From assembly GCA_947474565.1 (NCBI GenBank), contig CANJIS010000009.1, forward strand, positions 2,178 to 66,177: a DNA stretch of 64,000 nucleotides, written 5' to 3'. Both the position numbers and the translations under genes were made by a program. The DNA comes from Alphaproteobacteria bacterium (lineage in GTDB: Bacteria > Pseudomonadota > Alphaproteobacteria > Micropepsales > Micropepsaceae). Below, in pieces: positions 48,142-58,012 of the stretch; the stretch's first letter is position 1; each line of letters opens with the position of its first letter. The notes below the pieces were generated by a model, which had not been told where the DNA came from, did no database searches, and saw only the letters and a program-made list of their open reading frames with translations.

Positions 48142-49065
48142 ATGCGAGTTATTCTTGCCCAGCCGCGCGGCTTCTGTGCCGGGGTGGTGCGCGCCATCGA
48201 GATCGTGGAGAAGGCGCTCGATAAGTATGGCGAGCCCGTCTATGTGCGCCACGAGATCGTGCACAACAAGCATGTCGTCAACACCCTGAAGAACAAAGGC
48301 GCCCGCTTTGTCGAAGAGCTGGACGAAGTGCCCGAAGGCGCGGTGACCGTATTCAGCGCGCACGGCGTTCCGCAGTCGGTGGTGAAGACCGCCCAAGACC
48401 GCGGCCTGCCGGTATTGGACGCCACCTGCCCCCTGGTTTCCAAAGTGCATAATCAGGGCAAGCGCTATGTCGGCCAGGGCCGCACCCTGATCCTGATCGG
48501 CCATGCCGGCCATCCCGAAGTGGAAGGCACCATGGGCCAGGTCGGCGCGCCGGTGCATCTGGTGCAGAGCGAGGCCGATGTCGCCACCCTGCCCATCCCG
48601 GTCGAAACGCCGGTCGCGTACATTACCCAGACCACGCTTTCGATCGACGACACCAAGGGCATCATCGTCGAGTTGAAGAAGCGCTACCGCAACATCGTCG
48701 GCCCCGAGACCAGCGACATCTGCTACGCCACCCAGAACCGCCAGACGTCGGTGCGCGAACTCGCAAAGGTGGCCGATGTGATCCTGGTGGTCGGCGCGAA
48801 GAATTCCTCCAATTCCAACCGCCTGCGCGAAATTGGTATCGAGGAAGGCATTCCTTCCTACCTCATCAATGACGGCACCGAACTGGATCCGGCCTGGGTC
48901 AAGGGCAAAGCGGTGGTGGGACTGACGGCCGGTGCATCCGCGCCGGAAAGCCTGGTGCAGCATGTGATAGACGCGCTGGGCGAAATCGCGCCAGTGACGG
49001 TGGAACAGATGGACGGCAAGAAGGAACATATCGAGTTCCGCCTGCCCGTCGAATTAAGGGCGTAA
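48142..49065 (+). CDS. ispH: 4-hydroxy-3-methylbut-2-enyl diphosphate reductase
   Basis: [38 protein letters not shown]. Confidence 0.97.
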   Translation: MRVILAQPRGFCAGVVRAIEIVEKALDKYGEPVYVRHEIVHNKHVVNTLKNKGARFVEELDEVPEGAVTVFSAHGVPQSVVKTAQDRGLPVLDATCPLVSKVHNQGKRYVGQGRTLILIGHAGHPEVEGTMGQVGAPVHLVQSEADVATLPIPVETPVAYITQTTLSIDDTKGIIVELKKRYRNIVGPETSDICYATQNRQTSVRELAKVADVILVVGAKNSSNSNRLREIGIEEGIPSYLINDGTELDPAWVKGKAVVGLTAGASAPESLVQHVIDALGEIAPVTVEQMDGKKEHIEFRLPVELRA

Positions 49066-49069
49066 GCAA

Positions 49070-50230
49070 ATGGGTCTTCCCTTCATACAAGCCGCCAAGA
49101 TCGGCGCATACGTGATGAAGAAGCATATTACCGGCGGCAAATACCCGCTGGTTCTGATGCTCGAACCCCTGTTCCGCTGCAATCTGGCCTGTGCCGGCTG
49201 CGGCAAGATCGATTATCCGGACGAGATTCTGAACCAGCGCCTGTCTTATCAGCAGTGCATGGACGCGATTGACGAATGCGGTGCGCCCGCCGTTTCGATC
49301 GCTGGCGGCGAGCCCCTGCTACATCGCGACATGGCCAAGATCGTGCAGGGCTATATCGAGCGCGACAAGTTCGTGATCCTGTGCACCAACGCGCTGCTGC
49401 TGTCGAAGAAGATCGACCAGTACACGCCGCATGAGAATTTTACCTGGTCCATCCATCTGGATGGCGACAAGACGATGCACGACAGTTCGGTCTGTTTAGA
49501 TGGCACCTATGAAAAGGCCATCGCAGCCATCAAGCTGTGCAAGGACCGCGGCTTCCGCACCCAGATCAACTGCACCCTGTTCGACGGCTCCGATCCGGAA
49601 CGCACCGCCGCCTTCTTCGATGAGATGATGGCGATGGGCGTGGACGGCATCACTGTGTCGCCCGGCTATGCCTATGAGCGCGCGCCCGACCAGCAGCACT
49701 TTTTGAACCGCGAACGCACCAAGACCATGTTCCGCGAAATTCTTTCGCGCGGCCGTGGTGGCAGGAATTGGAACTTCACCAATTCCGGCCTGTTCATGGA
49801 TTTTCTGGCCGGCAACCAGACTTATGAGTGCACGCCCTGGTCCATGCCGCTGCTGACCGTGTTCGGCTGGCAGAAGCCCTGCTACCTCTTGGGCGAAGGC
49901 TATGCCGCGACCTTCAAGGAACTGATGGACGGCACCGAGTGGGAGAAGTACGGCGTCGGCAAGTATGAGAAATGCGCGAACTGCATGGTCCATTGCGGCT
50001 TTGAAGGCACCGCCGCCACCGATGCGATCAAGCATCCGCTCAAGATGCTGCCGATCCTGATGCGTGGCGTCAAGACCGAAGGCGCGATGGCGCCGGATAT
50101 CGACCTGTCAAATCAGCGCCCGGCGGAATTCACCTTCTCGCGTCACGTCGAGCACAAGATGTCAGCGATCTGGGCCGGCAAGTCCAACACCACCCAGACC
50201 GGGGCCCAGGAGATTGCGACAGCGGAGTAA
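49070..50230 (+). CDS. hpnH: Adenosylhopane synthase (radical SAM)
   Basis: LMLEPLFRCNLACAGCGK, GWQKPCYL, CANCMVHCG. Confidence 0.96.
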   Translation: MGLPFIQAAKIGAYVMKKHITGGKYPLVLMLEPLFRCNLACAGCGKIDYPDEILNQRLSYQQCMDAIDECGAPAVSIAGGEPLLHRDMAKIVQGYIERDKFVILCTNALLLSKKIDQYTPHENFTWSIHLDGDKTMHDSSVCLDGTYEKAIAAIKLCKDRGFRTQINCTLFDGSDPERTAAFFDEMMAMGVDGITVSPGYAYERAPDQQHFLNRERTKTMFREILSRGRGGRNWNFTNSGLFMDFLAGNQTYECTPWSMPLLTVFGWQKPCYLLGEGYAATFKELMDGTEWEKYGVGKYEKCANCMVHCGFEGTAATDAIKHPLKMLPILMRGVKTEGAMAPDIDLSNQRPAEFTFSRHVEHKMSAIWAGKSNTTQTGAQEIATAE

Positions 50231-50839
50231 CTCCGCGAACGCTTTTTCCGAGGTGCGGCCGGTGCGAATCAGCGCCGGTATCTGCAGCGGGTTTTTCACC
50301 ACCGACCATAACACGCGGCCAAGCGCGATGCCGCCGTCTGGCGTCATCGCCACCAAAGCGGCGGGCGGCAGGGTGTGATTGGCGTCGTCGGAAATAACCC
50401 GGAGCACCGCCAGTTTAAGGTTTCTCGCCGCGGCGAAGCGGGCTGCCACCGCGCTTTCCATATCCACCGCGAGAGCGCCGCTACGCTGATGGAGCGTGGT
50501 CTTTGCTTCGGCATCGTCCAGCACGGCATCACTTGCCACAATGGGCCCTTGATGCGCGGTTGGGATTTTTGCCGCCAGCGCCACGCGCCAGAGATTGTCA
50601 CAGCGGAACACGTCGCTGCCCGCCAGCACCCGCTCGCCAATCACGACGTGACCGGCTTTCAAATGCGGCGACAGGCCGCCACCCAGACCGATGGAAATCA
50701 CGCCGGTAATGTCGCCATGCAGGGCATCGAGTTTTCGGGCAAGACCGGCGCTATCACCGCCGCCCGCCACTGCCACCACGCCGGGCAGACCGGCGATTTC
50801 GGCTTCGCGCTTCAGGCCGCAGACTGCAAGGATGGTCAC
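50162..50839 (-). CDS. hpnG: Hopanoid-associated nucleosidase/phosphorylase
   Basis: SIGLGGGL, AVDMES, LRVISD; directly downstream of shc. Confidence 0.88.
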   Translation of the reverse strand: MTILAVCGLKREAEIAGLPGVVAVAGGGDSAGLARKLDALHGDITGVISIGLGGGLSPHLKAGHVVIGERVLAGSDVFRCDNLWRVALAAKIPTAHQGPIVASDAVLDDAEAKTTLHQRSGALAVDMESAVAARFAAARNLKLAVLRVISDDANHTLPPAALVAMTPDGGIALGRVLWSVVKNPLQIPALIRTGRTSEKAFAELLRCRNLLGPGLGGVGLAGPDR

Positions 50840-50851
50840 GGGCCGGCCCTC

Positions 50852-52783
50852 TTACAAACCAAAAGCGACGTGACGGGAATTGCCGGCCTTCAAATTGCGG
50901 TAGCGCGCCAGCGCCCAGAGCGGGAAGAATTTCGGATAGCCGTGATAGTTGAGATAAAATACGCGCGGAAAACCGCCACCGGTGTAATGCGCCTGTTCCC
51001 AAAGTCCATCCTGCTGCTGGTTCGCGAAGAGCCAGGACAGGCCGCGCTGCACCGCCGGATGATCCACTTCACCCGCCGCCATCAGGCCAAGCAATGCCCA
51101 AGCGGTCTGTGACGCGGTGGAGGGCGCAGGCTCATAGGCTTTGTAATTCAGCTTGTAGCTGTCGCAGCTTTCGCCCCAGCCGCCATCCGCATTCTGAATG
51201 GCGATCAGCCAGTCAGCGCCCTTCTTCATGGAGGGATGATCCGGGGCCAGGCCCGCGCCGTTCAGACCGGCCAGCGCCGACCACGTGCCGTAGATGTAAT
51301 TGACGCCCCAGCGGCCCCACCAGCTGCCATCCGCCATCTGGACCTTGATCAGGTAATCCACGCCGTCGGCGAGACGTTTCTTGTCGCCCTGAAGCTGGGC
51401 GATCATGCCGACGCAGCGGCCGGACACGTCTTCCGTGGGCGGGTCCAGCAGCGCGCCGTGATCAGCGAAGGGAATATTGTTTAGGTAATAATAGGAATTG
51501 TCGGCGTCAAAGGCGCCCCAGCCGCCATTGCGGCTTTGCAAGCCATCCACCCATTCCGCGCCACGGGCGATGGCATCATCATAGCCCCCAGCAAGACCGC
51601 GCTTCTGGGCACGGTCCATCGCCATCACCACCACGGCGGTATCGTCCAGATCGGGATAATGATCGTTGCGATACTGGAAGGCCCAGCCGCCGGGGCGGAC
51701 ATCGGGCTTTTCCTCAGCCCAATCGCCTTTGACGTCCAGCACCTGAAGCGGCTTCAGCCATTCCAGGCCCCGCACGGCGGCGGCTTCGGCGGCGGCATCA
51801 CCGGTTTCCAGAAGCGCGTGGGCGACCAGAGCAGTATCCCAAACCGGCGAGACGCAAGGCTGGCAATAGGCTTCGCCGTCCTTGATCACCAGCAGATTTT
51901 CCACCGACAGCCTCGCAATGGCGCGGTCCGGATGGTCCGGCGGATAGCCCAGCACATCATACATCATCACGCTGTTGGCCATGGCGGGATAGATCGCACC
52001 CAACCCGTCTTCGCCGTTCAAACGTTCCGTGGTCCAGGCGCGGCATTTTTCAATGGCGCGCGCGCGCAGGCCCTTTGGCCAGGGCACAACTTTCAAAACG
52101 CGATCCAGCACATGGAAAAACGCCGACCAGCCGGCGCTTTGATGCGGCGCGCGCGGTGATGCGGCACCCACGCCGGGAACAAACAGTTCGGCGATATGGA
52201 TATTGCGGGGATTGCGCGCCAGCGGTCTTTTTGCACACAGCACCAGCAGCGGCACGATCACGGTGCGGGCCCAATAGCTCATCTTGGACAGATGAACCGG
52301 GAACCAGCGCGGCAACAGGATCAATTCCACCGGCACGGTGGGCACATTGGCCCAGGAGGTTTCGCCATACAGCGCCAGCAAGATACGGGTGAAGACGTTG
52401 GCCTTGATGGCGCCGCCCCGCTGATGCAGCGCCTCGCGGGCGCGCACCATATGCGGCGCGTTGATGTCGTCCCCGATCATCTTCAAGGCGAAATAGGCTT
52501 TCACCGTGGCGGAGATATCGAGCGCGCCTTCGTGATAAAGCGGCCAGCCGCCATGTGCACCCTGAATGCGGCGCAAATAGACTCCGATCTTCTTTTCCAG
52601 TTCCAGGTTCGGCGTTTCGGCCAGATAGTGCACCAGCAGGACATATTCCGCCGGGATGGTGCAGTCTGCTTCCAGCTCATAAACCCAATGACCGTCCTGC
52701 CGCTGCTGCGCCAGGATGCCCTTGGTGGCGGCGTTTATGCTGCCGTCCAGATCGTTGAATTGTCCGGGATTCAACTGGTTCAT
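50852..52783 (-). CDS. shc: Squalene-hopene cyclase
   Basis: YPDLDDTA (DxDD), QW repeats, SPVWDT, FPRVFYL. Confidence 0.98.
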   Translation of the reverse strand: MNQLNPGQFNDLDGSINAATKGILAQQRQDGHWVYELEADCTIPAEYVLLVHYLAETPNLELEKKIGVYLRRIQGAHGGWPLYHEGALDISATVKAYFALKMIGDDINAPHMVRAREALHQRGGAIKANVFTRILLALYGETSWANVPTVPVELILLPRWFPVHLSKMSYWARTVIVPLLVLCAKRPLARNPRNIHIAELFVPGVGAASPRAPHQSAGWSAFFHVLDRVLKVVPWPKGLRARAIEKCRAWTTERLNGEDGLGAIYPAMANSVMMYDVLGYPPDHPDRAIARLSVENLLVIKDGEAYCQPCVSPVWDTALVAHALLETGDAAAEAAAVRGLEWLKPLQVLDVKGDWAEEKPDVRPGGWAFQYRNDHYPDLDDTAVVVMAMDRAQKRGLAGGYDDAIARGAEWVDGLQSRNGGWGAFDADNSYYYLNNIPFADHGALLDPPTEDVSGRCVGMIAQLQGDKKRLADGVDYLIKVQMADGSWWGRWGVNYIYGTWSALAGLNGAGLAPDHPSMKKGADWLIAIQNADGGWGESCDSYKLNYKAYEPAPSTASQTAWALLGLMAAGEVDHPAVQRGLSWLFANQQQDGLWEQAHYTGGGFPRVFYLNYHGYPKFFPLWALARYRNLKAGNSRHVAFGL

Positions 52784-52791
52784 AGGCGGGA

Positions 52792-54051
52792 CTATAAAGA
52801 CAGTTGCTTCAAGGCCAAAGCCGCAGCGCTTTCGCCCGAGCGCACAGCCCCTTCAATGGTGGCGGGCAGGCCGGTATCGATCCAGTCACCAGCCAGAATG
52901 AAATTGCGCCATCCGGTTTCGGCGATGGGGCGCATGGCGTCCTGGGCCGGGGTGGCGGCGAAGGTGGCGCGCTTTTCCTTGACGATCTGCCATTTCGGCA
53001 GGGCGGCGGGAATATTCAGAGCCTTGGCGACATCCGCCCAGAGCAGTTCGGCCAGTTCATCGCGGTCGCGGTCCACAAGGCCTTCAGCAGCCGAGACGGT
53101 GACCGAAATGCGGTCGGCGAAGCTGAAAATCCACTCCGCCGTGCCGTTGATCACGCCCAGAATGGTCGGCACGCCCAGCGGCGCGGGGAATTTGAAATGG
53201 GCGTTGACGATGCTGCGATACTGCGTTGGCGCCGGCAGGTTCGGCACCAGGTCCTTCGCCACCCAGCTTGGCACCGCCAGGATCACCGGGGTTTTGGCGG
53301 ACAGTGGAATGGTGGCGTCGGGAAACTCCAGCGCCAGGGCCTGCTGGCCGTTGAAAGCGATGGCGCGCAACCTCTCATTGAAGCGAACATCGCCGCCTCG
53401 CGCCTTGAGGAATTCCAGCGCCGGTTCAACAAAGGCCGCGGCGAGCGTGGGTGTGGCGATGCGGGGACGATAGGCCTGGCCGCCTTTGGCCAGGGTTTCC
53501 TTCAGCACCGCTGCCGCCAGCCGGACCGAGGCCTGTTTGGGTTCTGTGTTGAGCGCGGCGAGCAGGAACGGATGCATCAGCCGGTCCCAGAGCGGGCCCT
53601 GGCAGGACACGGTTTCGCCGATGGTCTTGTTAGGACCGGCGAACAGCAGCTTGGCATACTCGGCGTAATCGGTGGCGCTGGTGCCCGGCACGCGCCGCGC
53701 CTCTGAGACAACCCACCAAGGCAACGGCCCGTCATTGGGTTGAAGCGTCCAGCGCGCGCCGCTCTTTAGATCTGCGAAATCGAACAGCGCCTTGACCGGC
53801 CCGGACAGATTGGCGAGCGCCCCGATGCGTTCCAGATAGGTGTGAATAGCCTGGTTGCCCGACAGAACCAGATGATTGCCATTGTCGATCACGCCATCGA
53901 AACTGGCATCGTGATAGGAGCGGCAGCGGCCGCCCGCCTGCCCGGCAGCTTCATAAAGCGTTACCGCTGCGCCTTTCGCTGCCAGATGGGTGGCGGCGGC
54001 CAGCCCGGCCAGTCCCGCACCAACGACATGGACCTTTTTCGGCGCACTCAT
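52792..54051 (-). CDS. hpnE: Hydroxysqualene dehydroxylase
   Basis: GAGLAGL, GGRCRS, DNGNHL, LPATIEGAVRSG. Confidence 0.93.
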   Translation of the reverse strand: MSAPKKVHVVGAGLAGLAAATHLAAKGAAVTLYEAAGQAGGRCRSYHDASFDGVIDNGNHLVLSGNQAIHTYLERIGALANLSGPVKALFDFADLKSGARWTLQPNDGPLPWWVVSEARRVPGTSATDYAEYAKLLFAGPNKTIGETVSCQGPLWDRLMHPFLLAALNTEPKQASVRLAAAVLKETLAKGGQAYRPRIATPTLAAAFVEPALEFLKARGGDVRFNERLRAIAFNGQQALALEFPDATIPLSAKTPVILAVPSWVAKDLVPNLPAPTQYRSIVNAHFKFPAPLGVPTILGVINGTAEWIFSFADRISVTVSAAEGLVDRDRDELAELLWADVAKALNIPAALPKWQIVKEKRATFAATPAQDAMRPIAETGWRNFILAGDWIDTGLPATIEGAVRSGESAAALALKQLSL

Positions 54052-54893
54052 AGGAATTGGGCGCGGAGCACCATGGTGAGCAGCTTGCCCTTGCCGATGG
54101 AGACGCGGCTACGCGGCGGCTTGAAGCCTTGGGCCTCGGTCGCCCGCAGGATTTCGGAATAGACCGCACCCATCAGCCAGGGCGTGGCGATGCGGCCTTT
54201 GGGCTTCTTGCCCAATATGGCTTGCGCCTTGTCGTAATGCGCATGCGCCATGGCGGCGACCTGGCGGCACGCCAGATCAACGCGCGGATCGGACGCCACC
54301 ATTTCGGGATCGAGCGAGGTGAAGCCGGCGGCAAAAAGATACTCGCGGGGCAGGTACAGACGGCCGATGGATGCGTCTTCGTCAATGTCGCGCAGGATAT
54401 TGGTCAGCTGCAGCGCCCGGCCCTGATGGTGGGCAAGCGCAAAGCCCGCCCCTTCTTCCATTCCGAACACTTTGATGGACAAGCGGCCAACCGCGCTCGC
54501 CACCCGCTCGCAATACAGATCTAGCGTGGGCAGGTCGGGCGCCACGATATCTTCGGCCACATCCATCGCCATGCCGTCAATGATGGTGTGGAAATCGGCC
54601 AGCCGCAGGCCATATTGCTTGACGGCGGGCGCGAGGAACCGTGCTTCGCCGCCGGTCTTGCCGGCATAAAGTGCATCCAGATCGGTGCGCCAGCTATCCA
54701 GCTTGGCGGCACGCTCCGGCCTTGTGCCGATGCCGTCATCGGCAATGTCGTCCACCTTGCGGCAGAAGGCATAGATGGCGAACATCGCTTCGCGCTCCGC
54801 CTTGGGCATCAGCCGCATGGCGGTATAGAAGGAACTGCCGGCGGCTTTTTTCTTCACGGCCCGGATCTGGGGCGCGGCCAATGCTTCGCTCAT
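54048..54893 (-). CDS. hpnD: Presqualene diphosphate synthase
   Basis: AGSSFY, YAFCRKVDDIAD, LQLTNILRD. Confidence 0.93.
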   Translation of the reverse strand: MSEALAAPQIRAVKKKAAGSSFYTAMRLMPKAEREAMFAIYAFCRKVDDIADDGIGTRPERAAKLDSWRTDLDALYAGKTGGEARFLAPAVKQYGLRLADFHTIIDGMAMDVAEDIVAPDLPTLDLYCERVASAVGRLSIKVFGMEEGAGFALAHHQGRALQLTNILRDIDEDASIGRLYLPREYLFAAGFTSLDPEMVASDPRVDLACRQVAAMAHAHYDKAQAILGKKPKGRIATPWLMGAVYSEILRATEAQGFKPPRSRVSIGKGKLLTMVLRAQFL

Positions 54894-55750
54894 ACGGCTC
54901 TCGCTCCGCCGCTGATCAGGCGCTTCAGCGCAAAGACCGGCAGGCGCATCAGGAACAGGGCGGCGACATTCATTTTGGAGTGATGCACGGTCTGGGACAG
55001 CGGATCGCGGCTTGTGAGTTTGGCGTTCAAATCCTGGGCGAGGGTTTGAATGAGATCGACTTCCAAGGCAAGCCTTGAGTCCTTTATTTGCGGGGCGAAA
55101 TGCCGCGAAATACCCAATAAACCGGCGTTTTTGCGGGCCAGACCCGCGATCACCGATTGGAGCGCCGGGCTCGCGGCGGCAGCGCCCAGGGCTTCTACGG
55201 ACACGCCGGCCTCGGCCAGCAAAGGTTCGGGAATGTAGACGCGATTGAGATCGCGATAGTCCTTGCCGCAATCCTGAAGGTGATTGATGACCTGCAGCGC
55301 GGCGCAGAGTGCATCGTTGGCGGGCCAGGTTCGCGAATCCTCGCCATGCACATCCAGGACGAAGCGCCCCACCGGCATGGCGGAGTAGCGGCAATAATCG
55401 AGCAGATCGTCCCAGTCGCGATAGCGCAGCTTGGTGACATCGCGCCGGAAGGCCTCGAGAAGATCAAGGGCGTGGACCGGGGACAGCGCGTATTGGTCAA
55501 GCGCCTGACGCAACGCCACGCCTTCCGGCGATGCATCACTTTCGCCCATCAGGCTGGCGCGCATTTCTTCCAGCAGGCGCAGTTTTTCATCCGGTGCGGC
55601 GCTGGCGTGATCGGCAATGTCGTCGGCAAAGCGGACGAAGCGATAAAAGGCCAGCACTGGCGGGCGATGCTTGGGAGCGATCAGGAAAGACGCGACGGGA
55701 AAATTCTCGTCGCTATGGCCTTTGCCGGATTGAAGTTCGGTGCCGCTCAT
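54890..55750 (-). CDS. hpnC: Hydroxysqualene synthase
   Basis: ENFPVAS, FADDIAD, YCRYSAMPVG, INHLQD. Confidence 0.94.
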   Translation of the reverse strand: MSGTELQSGKGHSDENFPVASFLIAPKHRPPVLAFYRFVRFADDIADHASAAPDEKLRLLEEMRASLMGESDASPEGVALRQALDQYALSPVHALDLLEAFRRDVTKLRYRDWDDLLDYCRYSAMPVGRFVLDVHGEDSRTWPANDALCAALQVINHLQDCGKDYRDLNRVYIPEPLLAEAGVSVEALGAAAASPALQSVIAGLARKNAGLLGISRHFAPQIKDSRLALEVDLIQTLAQDLNAKLTSRDPLSQTVHHSKMNVAALFLMRLPVFALKRLISGGARAV

Positions 55751-56880
55751 ATCTTGGTTTCCGCCTGGGCGCGGCCTTTCCACATGCCGCCCCTGCCCCG
55801 CCAATGCTGGATGGCGGAATCGAGCGTGAAAGCAGCGTAGGTGAGTCCCATCAACGGCAAAGCCAAACCCCAGAACGGCGACAAGCGATAGAAGCGCAGC
55901 ATGGGCTGGAACATCAGCGCCATGATAATCCAGGTGGCCCAGCCGGCGATCTGCCCCAGGCCCGCGCCAAACAGCGCCATCCCGACGGGCGCGATATATA
56001 CCACAAACAGGCCCAGCAGCGTGCCAAGCAGCAGCAGCGGCGAATAGCTGAGCTGGGCATAAGCCGAGCGCGCCACCATGCGGCGAATTTCGGCAAAACC
56101 GTCATAGGGCCGCAGCGATACCGCGCGGTCGCTGAGGCCCAGCCAGATCGGGCCTTGCGGCTTCATCAGCCGCGCCAGAGCGCAGTCATCAATGATGTTG
56201 CGATGAATGGCTTCAATGCCGCCTGCCACGATCAAATTTGAGCGCCGCGCCAGCATGCAGCCGCCGGCCGCCGCCGCCAGCTTGTTTTTCGGATCATTCA
56301 CCGCGCCGAAGGGAAACAGCATGTCGAAGAAAAACACGAAGGCCGGGATCAGGAACGCTTCGGCCCAGCTGGCGCAGGACAGGCGCGCCATCAGCGATAC
56401 CAGAACCTTGCCGTCCTGTTCGGCGCGCGCCACCAGCCGGGAAAGATTGTCGGGCGCATGCGCGATATCGGCATCGGTGAAGAGCAGAAAATCCGGCGCG
56501 AATTCATCGGCCTTGGCCACGCCCTGATGCATGGCCCACAGCTTGCCGGCCCAGCCCGGCGGGCGCTGGACGCCGGAGAGGATGGTGAGCTTGTCGAAAT
56601 TCATCGCCCGCAAAAGACTGGCGGTGCCGTCGTCGGATTGGTCGTCCACCAGAATGACGCGGAAATCGCCTTGGTAATCCTGGGCCAGCAAGCTGCAGAT
56701 GCTTTTCTGGATCACGTCGGCTTCATTGCGCGCAGGCACCACCGCCACTACCGAAGGCCAACGTGCGGGAGCAGGCAGGACTTCGTGGCCATCCCGCTCC
56801 TTCAACTGCCAGAAGCCGTTATGGGCCAGCAGCAGATAAAGCCATATCGCCAGCGGCAGAAAACCCAGCAGCAGCGTCAT
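55747..56880 (-). CDS. hpnB: Hopene-associated glycosyltransferase (GT2)
   Basis: VPARNEA, GWAGKLWA, FTDAD, AAAGGC, IIDDC, MVARSAY. Confidence 0.9.
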   Translation of the reverse strand: MTLLLGFLPLAIWLYLLLAHNGFWQLKERDGHEVLPAPARWPSVVAVVPARNEADVIQKSICSLLAQDYQGDFRVILVDDQSDDGTASLLRAMNFDKLTILSGVQRPPGWAGKLWAMHQGVAKADEFAPDFLLFTDADIAHAPDNLSRLVARAEQDGKVLVSLMARLSCASWAEAFLIPAFVFFFDMLFPFGAVNDPKNKLAAAAGGCMLARRSNLIVAGGIEAIHRNIIDDCALARLMKPQGPIWLGLSDRAVSLRPYDGFAEIRRMVARSAYAQLSYSPLLLLGTLLGLFVVYIAPVGMALFGAGLGQIAGWATWIIMALMFQPMLRFYRLSPFWGLALPLMGLTYAAFTLDSAIQHWRGRGGMWKGRAQAETKI

Positions 56881-57869
56881 GACAGATACCCGTGGGCACG
56901 GAACCAGGCGATGGCATCGGTCAGGCCTTCAACATAAGGCCTGGCGCGATAACCCAATTCGCTGGAAGCCTTGGCGGAAGAAAAAAACATGTGATAGCGC
57001 GACATGCGCAGGGCATCGGCGGTGAGCATCGGCTCCTTGCCGGTGAGCCGCGCCAACGCTTCCGCGCCATAGGCCAGCGGAAACAGGGGCGCACGGGGAA
57101 GCTTGATCCGCGGCGGTTTGCGCCCCGTCAGGCGCGCAATCTCAGCCAGCATGGCTTCCAGCGAAACATCCGCGCCGCCCAGAATGTAGTTCTGTCCGAT
57201 GCAGCCTTTTTCCAGCGCCAGAAAATGGCCCTCGGCCACATCTTCCACATGCACCAGGTTGAGACCGGTATCGACAAAGGCGGGCATGCGGCCGGTGGCG
57301 GCTTCGACAATAATACGGCCGGTGGGTGTGGGCTTGATATCGCGCGGGCCGATGGGGGTGGATGGCGCCACGATCACGGCAGGCAGATTTTCTTCCGCCA
57401 CCAGGCGTTCAACTTCGCGTTCCGTCACCAGCTTGCTGCGCTTATAGGCGCCGATGGCGCTTTGCGGGGTGTGGCGGGATGTTTCGTCCACCGCTTCGCC
57501 ATTGCCCGGCTTCAAGGCCGCCACCGAAGACGTATAGACCACCCGCTCCACGCCGGCTTTCAAGGCCGCCTGCATGGTGGCGCGCGCGCCTTCCAGATTG
57601 TTGCGCTCGATCTCCGACGGGTCTTTGGCCCAGAGCCGGTAATCCGCCGCGACATGAAACAGATAACGCGTGCCGGACATCGCGCGCGCCATGGAGTCAG
57701 CATCGCGCATATCGCCTTCCACCGGCTCCACCGTCAGGCCCGCGATATTGGCGTGGTTGGAGCCCTGCCGCATCAGCACCCGGGTCTTGAAACCACGGGC
57801 CAGCGCCGCGCGCGTCACGGCAGCACCTACAAATCCGGAAGCACCGGTGACCAAAATGGTATCGCTCAC
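56877..57869 (-). CDS. hpnA: Hopanoid-associated NAD-dependent epimerase
   Basis: VTGASGFVG, HVAADYRLW, YKRSK, PIGPRDIKPTPTG; GTG start. Confidence 0.94.
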   Translation of the reverse strand: MSDTILVTGASGFVGAAVTRAALARGFKTRVLMRQGSNHANIAGLTVEPVEGDMRDADSMARAMSGTRYLFHVAADYRLWAKDPSEIERNNLEGARATMQAALKAGVERVVYTSSVAALKPGNGEAVDETSRHTPQSAIGAYKRSKLVTEREVERLVAEENLPAVIVAPSTPIGPRDIKPTPTGRIIVEAATGRMPAFVDTGLNLVHVEDVAEGHFLALEKGCIGQNYILGGADVSLEAMLAEIARLTGRKPPRIKLPRAPLFPLAYGAEALARLTGKEPMLTADALRMSRYHMFFSSAKASSELGYRARPYVEGLTDAIAWFRAHGYLS

Positions 57870-58012
57870 TGCCTCGGTTCTCCCCCGGCCGCTCGCTCAA
57901 GCTCGCGGCGCTCGTCGCTTTCGCAGGTCCACCGGACCTGCTCATGCGCTGCGCGCATCGCTCCTCGCCCCACAAATCCGGAAGCACCGGTAACAAGGAC
58001 CGTGTCACTCAT
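57829..58012 (-). mobile_element. 143-bp palindromic micro-insertion between two copies of the hpnA 5' end
   Basis: Identical 20-bp core at 57829-57848 and 57972-57991; internal palindromes gcaggtcc-acc-ggacctgc and atgcgc-tgc-gcgcat (plus strand). Confidence 0.7.
57866..58012 (-). CDS. 48-aa bridging ORF beginning with a duplicate HpnA N-terminus
   Basis: MSDTVLVTGASGFVGRGAMRAAHEQVRWTCESDERRELERAAGGEPRQ*; ATG overlaps the hpnL stop; TGA overlaps the hpnA GTG. Confidence 0.55.
   Translation of the reverse strand: MSDTVLVTGASGFVGRGAMRAAHEQVRWTCESDERRELERAAGGEPRQ

Noticed and set aside
57944-57967. Extension of the hpnA duplication to codon 22 (MRAA versus TRAA)
   Set aside because: It falls in the element's own palindrome after three mismatched codons and may be chance; not counted as part of the repeat.
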